Positions 10,684 through 23,100 of a DNA stretch of 64,000 nt are shown in pieces. Each line of letters begins with the position of its first letter. Positions within the stretch are counted from its first letter, which is position 1. Made by a program: the position numbers and the translations under genes. The notes below the pieces were generated by a model. The model was given only the letters and a program-made list of their open reading frames with translations, was not told where the DNA came from and searched no databases. Origin of the DNA: Pecten maximus (taxonomy: Eukaryota); contig NC_047020.1 of assembly GCF_902652985.1 (NCBI RefSeq), positions 38,068,001 to 38,132,000 of the forward strand, written 5' to 3'.

Positions 10684-12898
10684 ATATGTGTCAATACCCG
10701 CTGTGCTTGACAACCATAGTTAATACGAGCCGGAAATTGTGGATTGTGAACATATCAATTAATTGAAAACGTAAAATGTATTAAACAAAAATATTGTTAC
10801 TGGTGCTTTGACGTAGATTCACTGGAACTATATGATCTTAACAACCACGACTGCTGTAGTTACCTACGTCGCAACACATCTCGACTTTTGTTTTCTTCGT
10901 AAGGTTATAATATGCACTGAACGGTGTTTATTGTGTTAAAGGTGATATAAACGCAATGCATACAGACATGTTCAATATATAGCTCGTTAGCGCAAGAATA
11001 TGTCTGTATCCCATTGCGTTCATACCACCGTAAATGAAATAAAAACACCGTTCAATCCCTATACAGACAACCTGCATCAAAGTCATCAAATAATATATTC
11101 CCATCGTTTCCGCTTTGCAGTTCTCATCCAGATTTCTCAATCGTTGACCCCACTGTTTCTTGGATTGTTCTTTATTTGTCAGTTATGGAATGGAACCAAA
11201 TTTATGGTATTGCACGCTTGGTAGATAAATGACACGTGTGCAAGCTTTTAAGTGATGTACGATAGGCGGTAAACTGACCACCAGTCCCTAAGTTAAAAAA
11301 AAATCTGTGCTAGATTCAGTAATACTGACTAGGTTAACTCCCGCCAATTTGAAACTTGGGATTTCTAGAATAAGATATATCGTTCAGACTAAACTCATAG
11401 ATAATTTTAATATTCTAGATACAGGGAATCAATCTAGATAGGCGGAGGTGGATCAACAGTCGTGTCCTGCCATTATTGATAACTACCACGTACCAAATGC
11501 ACCTTAATTAAAGTTGACCCAAAATCAATTCCTAAATTTGAACATATATATTATATAGCCCCTGTGATTGTAGGTTGAGCTACCTGCACGTGATTTTATG
11601 ATATTTTACCCCTATCAAATGTACGTGGCAATGACAAACCTCGGGATACTTGTTCATTTAACATGTGTTTGTAGTTTATATTAGTTTAATGCATGTCCAT
11701 TCATCTGTCTTTTGGCCACTCTACCTCTTTGTGATTGTATTTCCTATATTGCCCCCATGTTGGCCGGAATTCGTTAATAAAGAAATAATTGTATTGTACA
11801 TCATTTTGTATATATGCAGTGTCATGGACGTATACATGCTGGTAGTATCAAAGGAAGGAAAATATATGACTCGTGTCCTGTGTCCGGGAATTGAAACCTA
11901 TAGACTTCATGATGTTCAGCTGTTTTGATTTTAGATGACGTTGAAATAAAGAATTTTCCTGACCAGCTGGTCAAGATTAAAAATACATTGGTGTTAATAA
12001 GCTTCACAATGTACCATGGTGTAGCCCATACATTCTAAATATTGTTCAGATGTGTCAGAGAGATTGAACAATGATAATAAAAGATGTTTTCCGAGGGATC
12101 CCAAATGTATAAAATATTTTCCATGTAAATGAAAGCGGGCATTCAAACATGTATACATATTAGGAGATATAGCTACATAAACTACTTAAAAAAAGGAAAC
12201 TTTGAATTTTTAAATTGATAAGTTTTAGGATATGACTGACTGGCAAAGGGTTAAATAAACATAGTTCGTCAGAATAATATGCATCTGTAAACCTGTAAAC
12301 GAGATGTAAAAAACCATATACGTAAAACATATACGTAACGGTTCATTACGAGTGCAGTCACAGAAGCCCGACTCGTTTTAATTTGTAAATTTATATGTAC
12401 TCTTATATGTTATTTTATAAAACGAGTCAGGCACGTACTGTGGTGCAATACTTGTACAATTTAAGTCTTCCAGAAAAAAAAAACTATGTAGCATTCTACA
12501 TATGCATATTAGAAATATCGATTTTTAATTCATGTATACAATATACATGTATCACATTAATACCTTGGTAACGTAAATAAATTCATCGTGATTGGAAAAA
12601 GAAAACCATGCAAAACAATATTAACCAATAAGAAAGTGTTTTATCACGCTTTAATAACAAATGTCAATACAGTTGTCTTATTATGTAAATGTAAATGTAA
12701 ATTGACCTAGCGAAGTGTCCTTATCTATGCTAATTTTAGAACAGGCTAAACAGCAGATAGAAGAAGGCGACCCTTGTCCTACATATACATACGAGGATAA
12801 ATATGTTTGTGTGGAGGAAACGTGTCTATCCTCAGCGTCGTACTCTGTAACACAGAAGACAAATATATTGTTAACCCATATCCGCAGTTTAAATTAAA

Positions 12899-15800
12899 AT
12901 GTCGGTCATGGCTGCTGAGAGTGTAAAGGGAACTTCGCCTCTAAGGTAAGTGTTACTCAGAACCGCTACGTACGATATTGATCTTTTTATAGGGATAAAG
13001 CTACTGTTACTATTTGATAACAATAGTGTATATATGTGAGGCAGTAGGGCGAAGGGGAGGAGCGAACATGTGATAAGCTCCGGAGACCTTGTTCTACGTT
13101 ATGAAACTATAAATAGAAAATGATAGCTTCCGTTTATATTACCAGACACGTGTTTATGTATTTTTACCTATTTATTTTACCCCCCCCCCCCCCCCCCCTA
13201 AAAAACCAAACTAATAAACAAATAAATATATAAAACAAACAGAGAATACTCGTTATGTAAACAAAATCTTAATTCTAAGTAAAAACCTATGACGGTCCAG
13301 ATGTTCCGGAAAAGTAAGCGTCTTATCTATTTCCACCGACGACACCCGCCACGTAAATATAGGTTAAATTTGGGTTAAACCACATTCTCAGACTAAGAAC
13401 TGTGGTGTTGACAACGGAACCACTAAGTATATCGACGAGCATGCTGGCATCATACTACACCAGGACATGGAGTATCTATAGACCATAACGTTGACAATGG
13501 TCTTCGTCAGTAAATATATCTCGAAACTTTTTCTCCTTATATGTTTCCATCTGTAGGTGTTTGTCATCGAAATCGTGAAATTAGCAACAAGTCCTGAAAT
13601 GTATTTCATTAACATTGCACATTAAGGAAATCATTTTTCTGTGCACTTACGTAGCAAAACGGTTCAGTTAGACGTCTGCGAACAGACACACGGGAAACAG
13701 ATTGTGAACACTTTGTGATTAACTTTGTAAGATATGGATTATAGATTGAGTTGATACCTTTTATGGAAAAATCACAGAGAACACGTAAGAGGTAGACACT
13801 TTTAAGTTGATAATCAGAAATAACAGAAAATTAATCCTTCGCATATATAAACGGAATCACAGAGAACACGTAAGAGATGTTAACTTTAAATTTGATAATC
13901 AGAAAATAAACCAGAAAAATATTCCTTCGCGGGTATTAAAAACGAAACCGAGTGCTGTTGAATTGTTGACCGATTTCAAAACGCCTTCATGAAACCACTG
14001 GCGTCTGTATCTGCTTAGTATAAATAACAGGCCAGAAACAGACGCCTGGGATCAAACCGAGCCTCTCATACACTATGGCTTACTGGCATGGCCCACAATA
14101 TGATTCCTCATCAGATATTTCATACATAACATAAGCTTAAAAGCTTGCATAGTGATATCAACAAAGTTTTGTTCCGTATAATATGCGTATGATATCTCTG
14201 CCCATTACATTAGCAGCGTGGGAAGTACGCAGTTCGGAGAAGACATCAGAGAGAAGGAATTCTGCATGAGGAAAGGGGCGACTTTTATCAACCATGGTTC
14301 ATACGGCATGGTGCCTCGACGTGTCAAGGAACTTCAGAAAAGGTAAATAAAGACACGAGATATCTAACAGATTCAAAACACGAGATTGTTAACTTTGATG
14401 TTTAGCTGAAATAAAAACAATAAAAAAAAAAACCAATTTCAGGTTCATGCTGTTTCTCAAACTCAAACTACCGTCCAAAAGAGATTCGAGTATCGATGTA
14501 TATGGGTTGTCTAAATATCCGTCGACACTGTAAACATAGTGCGGCTACGCTTTGTTCATAACCTGATCATAGATGTGCGACAGTCTATGATGCCCCCCCC
14601 CCCCCCCCCGTCCCGATTCGGAACCGGATTGCTTTCTTCATCCCGCTTGAAATGTGACTCTTTGTCAATCATGTTGTAATAATCTTCCCAGTCAACGATA
14701 TGATTTTGTAAAAAAGGCATTTGATTGTTCGAAAAAAGTATTAGACACCTGGGTGACTGACAGGGAAATCTGTGACTAATAAAATCATCAGATGGGAAAC
14801 AATAACATGTAATATGTCACAGATAACAATAATCACATGCGATATGTATGTAGTTAACATGATGGTGTTCCAGATATTTATACGTGACGGACGAACACCC
14901 GGATGACTGGTTCCAGAGAAAGAGCGAGAGGCTGTGGATGGAAGCAAGGGACGCTGCAGCAGCATTCGTCAACTCGGAGGATGAGGACGTTTTCCTGGTC
15001 CAGAATGCAACTACGGGTAACACTGAAACCGTAAAACTGATAGATGTTTTCTTTTCTGTCGAAACCTGTTTATGCTTTGAAACATTAAATGCTTATAATT
15101 AAAAAAACAAAAAGTAGCCAAACGAAGTATACAATAAGCTGTTTTATGATGTATTTTACATTGTACGTAATACGATTCCGTAGACGTACTTATTTTGGTG
15201 ACGTACTTATTTTGGTGACGTACTTATTTTGGTGAACTAACATGCTTTCAGCGCGAAACGCGCTAAAATAAGATAATCACTAAAATACCTCAATGTACGG
15301 TAATTGTTATAATCTTCGTAACAAAAGTAACATTACGATGACAATACAATATATTTACCACTTTCTGCCTTCCAGGTATCAACACAATATTAAAGGCACT
15401 GAGGCTGAAGGAGACTGAAGCGATCATGGTCACAAGCAACACATATAGAGCCGTACAGAACACAGCTCACCATATCTCCATGGGTGGGTGGTGTATGGCG
15501 GGGGTTTATACCGACACCTACTGGTGTCGCCGTGAAAATCTCCCATTTACACAAACAGCTCAAATTACGACTTGGTCATATCAAGCATTTTTAATCTATT
15601 TCATTTTTGTTTATAGTCATTATATTCTCTAATGTAATTGTGATGGTAATCTATTTGGTCACACATAACTCTGTTCAAATGCGTCTTATCTTACAAATGA
15701 CGGAATAATATAACATTGTTTCTAATATAAATAGGTGTAATGAAGAAGTACAACCTAAATATATAACATTTGACACAGTTAATCATATATTCACCATGGA

Positions 15801-18800
15801 GTTGCTGACATGTTGATACCATTCTCATACAGGGGCACAATTACACACGATGGATATTTGCTTCCCTATCAAATCAGAAGATGAAATCGTCCAGCAGTAC
15901 ATCAACTTCCTCAACGATCACCCCAATGTTAGGATTGCTGTGATTGGTAGGTTACTTTGCTGTATCAACGGACACTCAATGTTAGGATTGCTGTGATTGG
16001 TAGGTTACTTTACAGTATCAACGATCACCCCAATGTTAGGATTGCTGTGATTGGTAGGTTATTTTGTAGTATATTAACGATCACCCCATTGTTAGGATTG
16101 CTGTGATTGGTAGAAATTACCATATCAACGAACATCCCAACGTTAGAATTGCTGTGATTGGTTAATACTTTACAGTATCAACGGACATCCCATTGTCAGA
16201 ATTGCTGTGATTGGTAGATTACCATATCAACAGACATCATGACGTTAGAATCGCTGTGATTGGTAGATTGTTTTACAGTAGAACATGAATGACTGTGATT
16301 TTTGTTTTTGTAATTTTTGTGTAATTTCGTAACTTTAAAATGTATAGCAAACATATTTTTCATTTGGAAGCAATTATTTTTATCGGTCCGGTTTTTAACG
16401 TGCGTTGACTCTATCATATAATGGTACTTATCTCGGCGAACTAAAATTTTCTCGAATCACCATTTTTTATTTAATTTTTCTTTCATAGATCACATCACAA
16501 GCATCTCTGCTCTATACCTCCCGATTAAAAAGATAATTAAAGCGTGTCGGGACCACAACGTTCTTACCATGATCGACGGTGCGCATGCGCCAGGACAAGT
16601 TAAGATTGACATGAAGGATATTGATCCCGATTTTTATACAGGTGTGATATTATTTTAACTCTTTGTTCTGAAATCCATCTTCACCGATTTGACATTTGGA
16701 TATCATGCCATTGCTCACTGCTTTTAATTTTACCGCACTAGAGATGAAAACGGACAGTACATGTATTCAAAACAAACTCAGTATCTTATTTTATGGCTAT
16801 CATGACATGAGTACTTCAAATTAAATGTTATAATCCAACATGACATGGGTACTTCAAATTAAATGTTATAATCCAATGATGAGTTCAAATAAGAAATTAT
16901 CTTGATTCAACAGACTCCTTTCTTTTAGAAACATTTCGCAGTTTTACTAGAAAGCAAAACCAACATAACAAAGAAGATATATTTAGCAAATGAAAATAAT
17001 TTTATGAAAGGATGACAACAATTTTAGCAAATGAAAATGAACATATCAAATAATACACAATCAAGCACATTAACATTTCGATTTTTGGAAACTGATTCTG
17101 GTAATTATTCACAGGGAATTTCCACAAATGGCTTTACACACCCCGTGGGTGCGCTCTACTGTACATCAAGAAAGATCACCAAGAATGGGCGTGTCCGTTA
17201 GTAACATCAACCAATCACAGTAAAAGTTTGTCTCTACAGTTCTTTATGCAAGGGACACGTGATGATTGCCCATATTTCTGTTTACCGGAAGCTTTGCGAT
17301 TCTACAACAACATCGGTGGAATGGTATGATTTAAATATTCAATACAGAAAAACACGTTATACTGATGGCAATGCAATTTAAAACAATGCCTCCACTAGGG
17401 ATCGAACCCGAGACCTCTAGCTTACTAGTCACACGTTCAACCGATCCAGCTTAAAAGCTTATCTCTCTAGCGGATCGGTATATTGCGGCTAGTTTTTACC
17501 AGGGTAACATATACTCCGGATCCCCTCCAGGAAAAACTCGTCCCGGGTATCCAGGGGTTACAGCGATGCTTTTATAAGTAACACGAAGTATAATTCCCGA
17601 GTCCCTACATGGGCGCTTATGTAGCAGAGCGCACGATTTCTTAAACCCAAGTCACTACCTCCGCTAGGGATCGAACCGGGGCCTCTGGCTTACTAGACTT
17701 ACACGCAACCGATCGAACTTAAGAGAATATCCCTCTCGCCATGTGGTATATGCGGCTAGTAATGTACCAGGCTTACAAATATAAATCATATTAAAACTAT
17801 AAATCCATGCTGACATACCTGTATTGAGATAGCTTTTGTAAAACGCCAATAGGACCTTTAAAGTGTATTCAAAGTGTCATCCTACTGCTAATTAAATATG
17901 TCCGTTACTATTTTGGATTTGTTTCGACTACAGGAGGAGATAACACGTTACTGTTCACACTTACTGGACCAGGCTGCAAGTAAGATGGTAGCGGAATGGG
18001 GCACAGCTAAACTTCCTGTTCCTCGGGAGATGGAAGCTCCCTGTATGAGGATGGTCAAACTACCAAAATTGACTGGATTTGCACCATCTCAAGTAATCAG
18101 AATTTTAAACAAGCATTACTGTTATCAGTATACCACTATTCCAATATTCGGATATGTTTGCCCCTTTTGAGCTTATGTGCTGCAAAATCCAAAATAGGGA
18201 AAGGCTGGACCATATCACTAGCAGTAATTAAACCAGAGTTAAAATCCATTATTCTCAATAGTGCATATCGAGGATATTGGGTTTAACTGCAGGTGTTCAT
18301 TACCAGAAACAAGCGCCTGTGACCAAATTCAAAACCATCAAAGGCGCGGTCCTCTAACTTTTATATTTAAATAGTCTCAAAAATAGTCTTCATGATCTGA
18401 AAGCTAGTATAGCTTTGAGCACAATAGATGAACAAGATGCTAGATAGTGACGAAACTGGACTGGTGAGATATTTATGGTGTTCCGTTAGGGCCAAATTTC
18501 AAACATAGCTCCTTCGCTCCTTCGACCTAAAGGCGAAGGAGCGAAAACACGATGGCGAAGGAGCGAAAACACGATGACGAAGGAGCGAAAAAGCGAAAGA
18601 CTTATGGAGCGAGATTTAGATCAAACAGTCACAAAATTTGAGGGCAAGAAAGACAGAACCCTTGATTTTGTTTAGTTCCGATAGCTTTCTTAATTATCTT
18701 GGTCTCTTTTTTCTGTTTTCAATGGGTTCATTTCTCACATTGTGGCTAATCTTTGGTCAATTCAGCTTCATTTTCTCTTCAGTGTTTCGCGTTGATAGCA

Positions 18801-19314
18801 CGTGTATCAAGATCGACTGACTGAGCATGCATAAATAGACATTTCCGTTGAACGCCATCGTGTTTTCGCTCATTCGCGTTTAGGTCGATGGAGCGATATT
18901 TGAAATTTGGCTCCAACGGAACACCATATATATTGTATATATCGACACATTAACATTTCGTTTTGGGTTTCTATAATATAGACGACTTAATTCATAGCTG
19001 TCATTTAATGACAATATATTGTGAATCTATTGGCGTTTCCATGAAAATGCTTATCCGGCATCGTCGGTCATTCGCGACAAATCTACTCTTGTCGTTTGAG
19101 TCAATGGACAACAGCAGAGTATCCGACTATGCTTAGTTCACATTTTCAGACCGACTCAGAGCGGCTGATGGCCGAGATATATAGCCGATGGAACATACAG
19201 TCAACAACAGTGTGTGTGGATGGGGATCTGTACGCCCGACTTTCCGCTAATGTCTACAACACGGCAGCAGACTACGACAGATTTATAGAAGCGATCCGGG
19301 AAATGCGAGAGTAA
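12899..19314 (+). CDS. PLP-dependent class-V C-S lyase, hercynylcysteine sulfoxide lyase (Egt2) / L-cysteine desulfhydrase / isopenicillin N epimerase-like, paralog 1 (~407 aa)
   Basis: Exons 12899-12945, 14217-14342, 14874-15016, 15376-15483 (or 15492), 15833-15946, 16489-16641, 17115-17323, 17934-18092, 19150-19314 splice in frame. Motifs FINHGSYG, NATTG, DHITS, DGAHAPGQ, GNFHKW (PLP lysine), QGTRD, RLSANVYN. Confidence 0.9.
15178..15300. mobile_element. Small MITE-like element with CCGTA...TACGG ends and an internal 18-bp tandem repeat
   Basis: CCGTAGACGTAC...AATGTACGG ends; GACGTACTTATTTTGGT repeated 3 times. Confidence 0.5.
15911..16265 (+). repeat. ~54-bp tandem repeat (7 copies) of the exon-5 end plus splice donor of lyase 1
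   Basis: TCAACGATCACCCCAATGTTAGGATTGCTGTGATTG|GTAGG is repeated; the first copy is coding and the exon ends at 15946. Confidence 0.92.
17372..17777 (-). mobile_element. Degenerate TRIM (mini LTR element) with a tRNA-like sequence in both LTRs, in lyase 1 intron 7
   Basis: On the minus strand: LTR 17777-17620 (TGTAAG...CTACA), PBS-like AAGCGCCCATGTAGGGAC resembling a tRNA-Lys PBS, purine-rich GGAGGGGA near the second LTR, and LTR 17509-17372 (TGTTAC...TTGCA). Each LTR has a CTAGTAA loop and a GGTTCGATCCC B box. No TSD visible. Confidence 0.65.
18474..18928. mobile_element. MITE with TATGG...CCATA termini and internal 21-bp repeats
   Basis: TATGGTGTTCCGTTAGGGCCAAATTTCAAA / TTTGAAATTTGGCTCCAACGGAACACCATA inverted ends; GCGAAGGAGCGAAAACACGAT repeats. 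Confidence 0.85.
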
Positions 19315-20175
19315 GATTGGTACAGATGTATAATTATGTTGAATCCCTCCATGGGGAGAGATGTTGGTTACTCTTTCTAACCACAATATAATCAATCTAT
19401 GAAATTGACATGTTAAGTGGTTTAAATACATACGTACAATGATCAACCTGGTTAATAAAAAAATGATTTTACAACCAGACATTAATGTATTCTGCCTGTC
19501 CAGTAAAACGGTCATATCAAATAGGGTTCCCGTATCAGTCGGTTCTACTAACTCAGGGATTTTCCTACAATAAAAACAGGGTCCGTTTAAAGGACACATT
19601 CCCCTGAAAAAATCATTGAAAAAATTCCCAATTTGACACTGAAAATTTTAAAGTCACTTTTGAATGATTAAGTATGTTTTATATAACAAAACATATATTA
19701 AGGTAATTTAAAAAATAGAAAACAGCTATAGATAACAAAATGAATTCAAAAATAATGTAAAGGCAATATTTTCAAAGAAAAACTGAATGTGTATGAATTT
19801 CGCTATTTTTTGTTTTTCCCAATGTCACATTTTGTCGCGTAGAAATTCCCAATTCAATGGACCATGGACCCAGTTGAAAAATTGTAGAAGAATCTAATAA
19901 TATCTTCTAGACCAACAGATATTGTTACTCATAGCAACTATCACATATATACTCATTTTGTCAGTAAGTTTTTCGATTCATATTGCATGGCGCGGGACTT
20001 CCCAAATATATTTCGTTCGAATGTTATTCTAACGCGTTTTAAGTTGCAGCATTTTCCCCTATTTTTTTTTCAAATGCTGTGAAACTGTTTCTGAAAGTCG
20101 GTTGGATAAATACAAGCACATAATTGCAGATCACGGTAATACTACTTACATTTATCAGTACTTGACACGAATATT

Positions 20176-23100
20176 ATGTCGACGTGTTATTACAGGACAT
20201 CCAATCAGACGTCACCTGTCGTGACGCAATTTGGACATCCTATCAGGGAGGCGGAGTTTTCTCTGAGGAAAGGCTCCACATTTCTCAACAATGCGGCAAG
20301 AGGAAGTATTCCCAAACGAGTTCGAGAAATTCACCTAAAGTACGTAGGTAAAATCTGATAATTGATCATTGATCGGCACTACAATGTAATAAACTTCCTC
20401 GTTTCTAAAAAAAAATGCGGTCATATGTATATTTAATCATTTATGTTTTACAGGAGAAGACGGATTTTTAGTTTTAAACTTTTATCTGATCCTATTTGTA
20501 TATTTACAAATGAAATGTGTTTAATCCATTGAAAACAAATTTTTCGTCAGCATCGTAATAGTTATACTTCATCCAACGGCATTTCAGTGTTAGTCGCAGT
20601 GTGGTTTACTGTGGGCGAGATCTATACTATGTCTTGAAATTACTGTTTTCGGCAGCACCTTGCTTTTGTCTCTTGAGTTACATATTTTCTCGTCTCGGAA
20701 TCAGTTCAGCACAATGACACCTATCAAAGTGATTTCAGAAAACGGCAGTGAATGGATATTCGCATCATAAGATCGATTTTCTTGTTCACATTTAGTTTTA
20801 TTCGGATTCTATTTTCTATTTTCATTATCGCATCATTATGCAACCGTGTGATGGTTTCACAAATGTTTTTATAGATATATCGACGAAATCGATGATCACC
20901 CTGACGATTGGATGCGCAGGAAGGTACGCAACATGTGGATCGAATCCCGGGATTGTGCAGCTAGGTTCGTCAACGCTGATCCCGAAGACGTGGTGTTTGT
21001 TCAGAATGCAACGACAGGTTAGTGTTGTAAGTGGTCAAGGTAAAGAGTTTGACACGTTCCTGTAACCCAAAACGAAAAATTAAATGCAGGGTCCGATCCC
21101 TACATCAATGATAAGAATTTAGATAAATGTCATCGGGGACATATTTTCTCTCTTGCGTGATATGAACATCCAACACTTGTTTGCTTATTGCACTTTGATT
21201 TGTATTCACTTCTTCTGTTCTTGCTTTGCGAAAGCGACAGAATTTCGATTAAAGTAAAATTTGGGTGGCGTGTGTCCAGGATACATCAAAAGACGCTCTA
21301 ACTCGTGGAACATTTGGTCTTGCTCTCCTTGCAGAATAGCATTTCATAAAATTGTTTCTTCAGTTGGTATATGCCCTTAATTTTGTCAATTTTAACGATT
21401 TGTTCATAATGATGTTATCAAAAAAACAGTACAAACACGGCACTTTAGGAATTTTATACAAAAAGACAACTGTCTTGGCAAAGTATCATTTAGCCTGAGT
21501 TTCCTTTGGCCCTGACACCATGTCTGGTACCAGAGGAAACTCGGGCTAGGTATCATTGTCTAGATTCAAATGGAGTTGCATTATTTTTTGTATTACAGCT
21601 TTTAACTCGATCTTGAAGACCTACCCGTTTAAACCTGGCGATGCCGTGATGTTTACAGACAACTCATTCGGAGCATTACAGAACACGTGCCGCTATTTAT
21701 CGACTGATCAGAAAGGTTATTACACAGCACAGTCCTTATTTGGGTCCATGGCGTTTAACGAAGTATTATCCATACAAAGAGTTGTACAGATTGTAAACCA
21801 GAAAACACGTAGAGAGATAATATCTAATGTGTTTATGCTTATTGATAATTGTTTTAATGCCATAAGATCGATGAAAGCTAGAAACACTAGAACTGAAAGT
21901 CGTGAAGGCTAACCGATACCCCTGCCAACCATCAATTCAACACTTGTATAAAACAATGGTGAGGAGTATGGATGTCATAGACACTTGTATATCATTGAAT
22001 CTATGAAATTAAGAAAAGTTGACCAATCAAAAAGGAATAAAAATGAACACGATGAATACAATTCCGTTTAGGTCTCCTTCACTGAGACCAAATCGACAAC
22101 CAAGTATTATCCAAGGGCCGATGAACAGAACCTTGTAAAACGTGCTCAGGTCACTATTACAACCAAAATATCCACACAAAAAATAATAATGTACATCTAA
22201 GTAATTGTCAGAGCAAAATGTTTCTTACAGACATATGGTTAAGTATAACTTTATGGTCCTGTGGTGATAGGGGTGTATCAATAATACACGTTTTTATCAA
22301 CTTATTATTTAATGTTCATGGAATTGGATTTTTTCAAGGTATGAAAGCACACACTTTGGAAATATCATTTCCTATCGACAATGAAGACGATTTGGTTGAG
22401 GAGCATCGCAAATTCTTAAAAGATCATCCAGATATTAAACTGGTTGTCGTAGGTAAGCAAACTTACTTGTAATGGCAAGGTTTGTGGCCGGGTGGTCGAT
22501 ACTGTAACCTCATCTAGAGTTTACACAGCTAGGAAATTTGACTGAATGTCCAACTGGTAGAGTGTGCACAGCAATCGAGAAATTACACAGCTAGGCAATT
22601 TGACTGAAGGTCTAACTGTTGGAGAGTGCACAGCAATCGAGAGTTTACACAGCTAGGAAACTTGACTAAAATTGAAACTTTTAGAGAGTGCACATCAACT
22701 TTGGTACTGATCTACTAGTTACACGGACTTTATAGTACTTGTACTTTACTATGTGTGCTGTAGAGTTATAAGGTTGAAGTGTTTTTTCAACCTTGCAGAT
22801 CATATCACCAGTCGGACCGCTCTGATGTTTCCCGTCCAAAAGATGGTCGACATGTGTAAGAAGATTGGCGTGATGGTGCTAGTAGATGGAGCCAATGCGC
22901 CTGGGCAGGTATCTTTGGACATGAAGGCTTTGGATCCAGACTTTTATTCCGGTATGTGCATCTAGAGATGCTATTTGTACATTTACCATCATAAACATCA
23001 TATTATGAACAGTTTCGCCTTTTTAGTAGGACAATGATAATTTAACCCGTGCAAGAGCGGAGAAAGAATGAGGCCTGCTGTAACTCACCGTTTGTTGACT

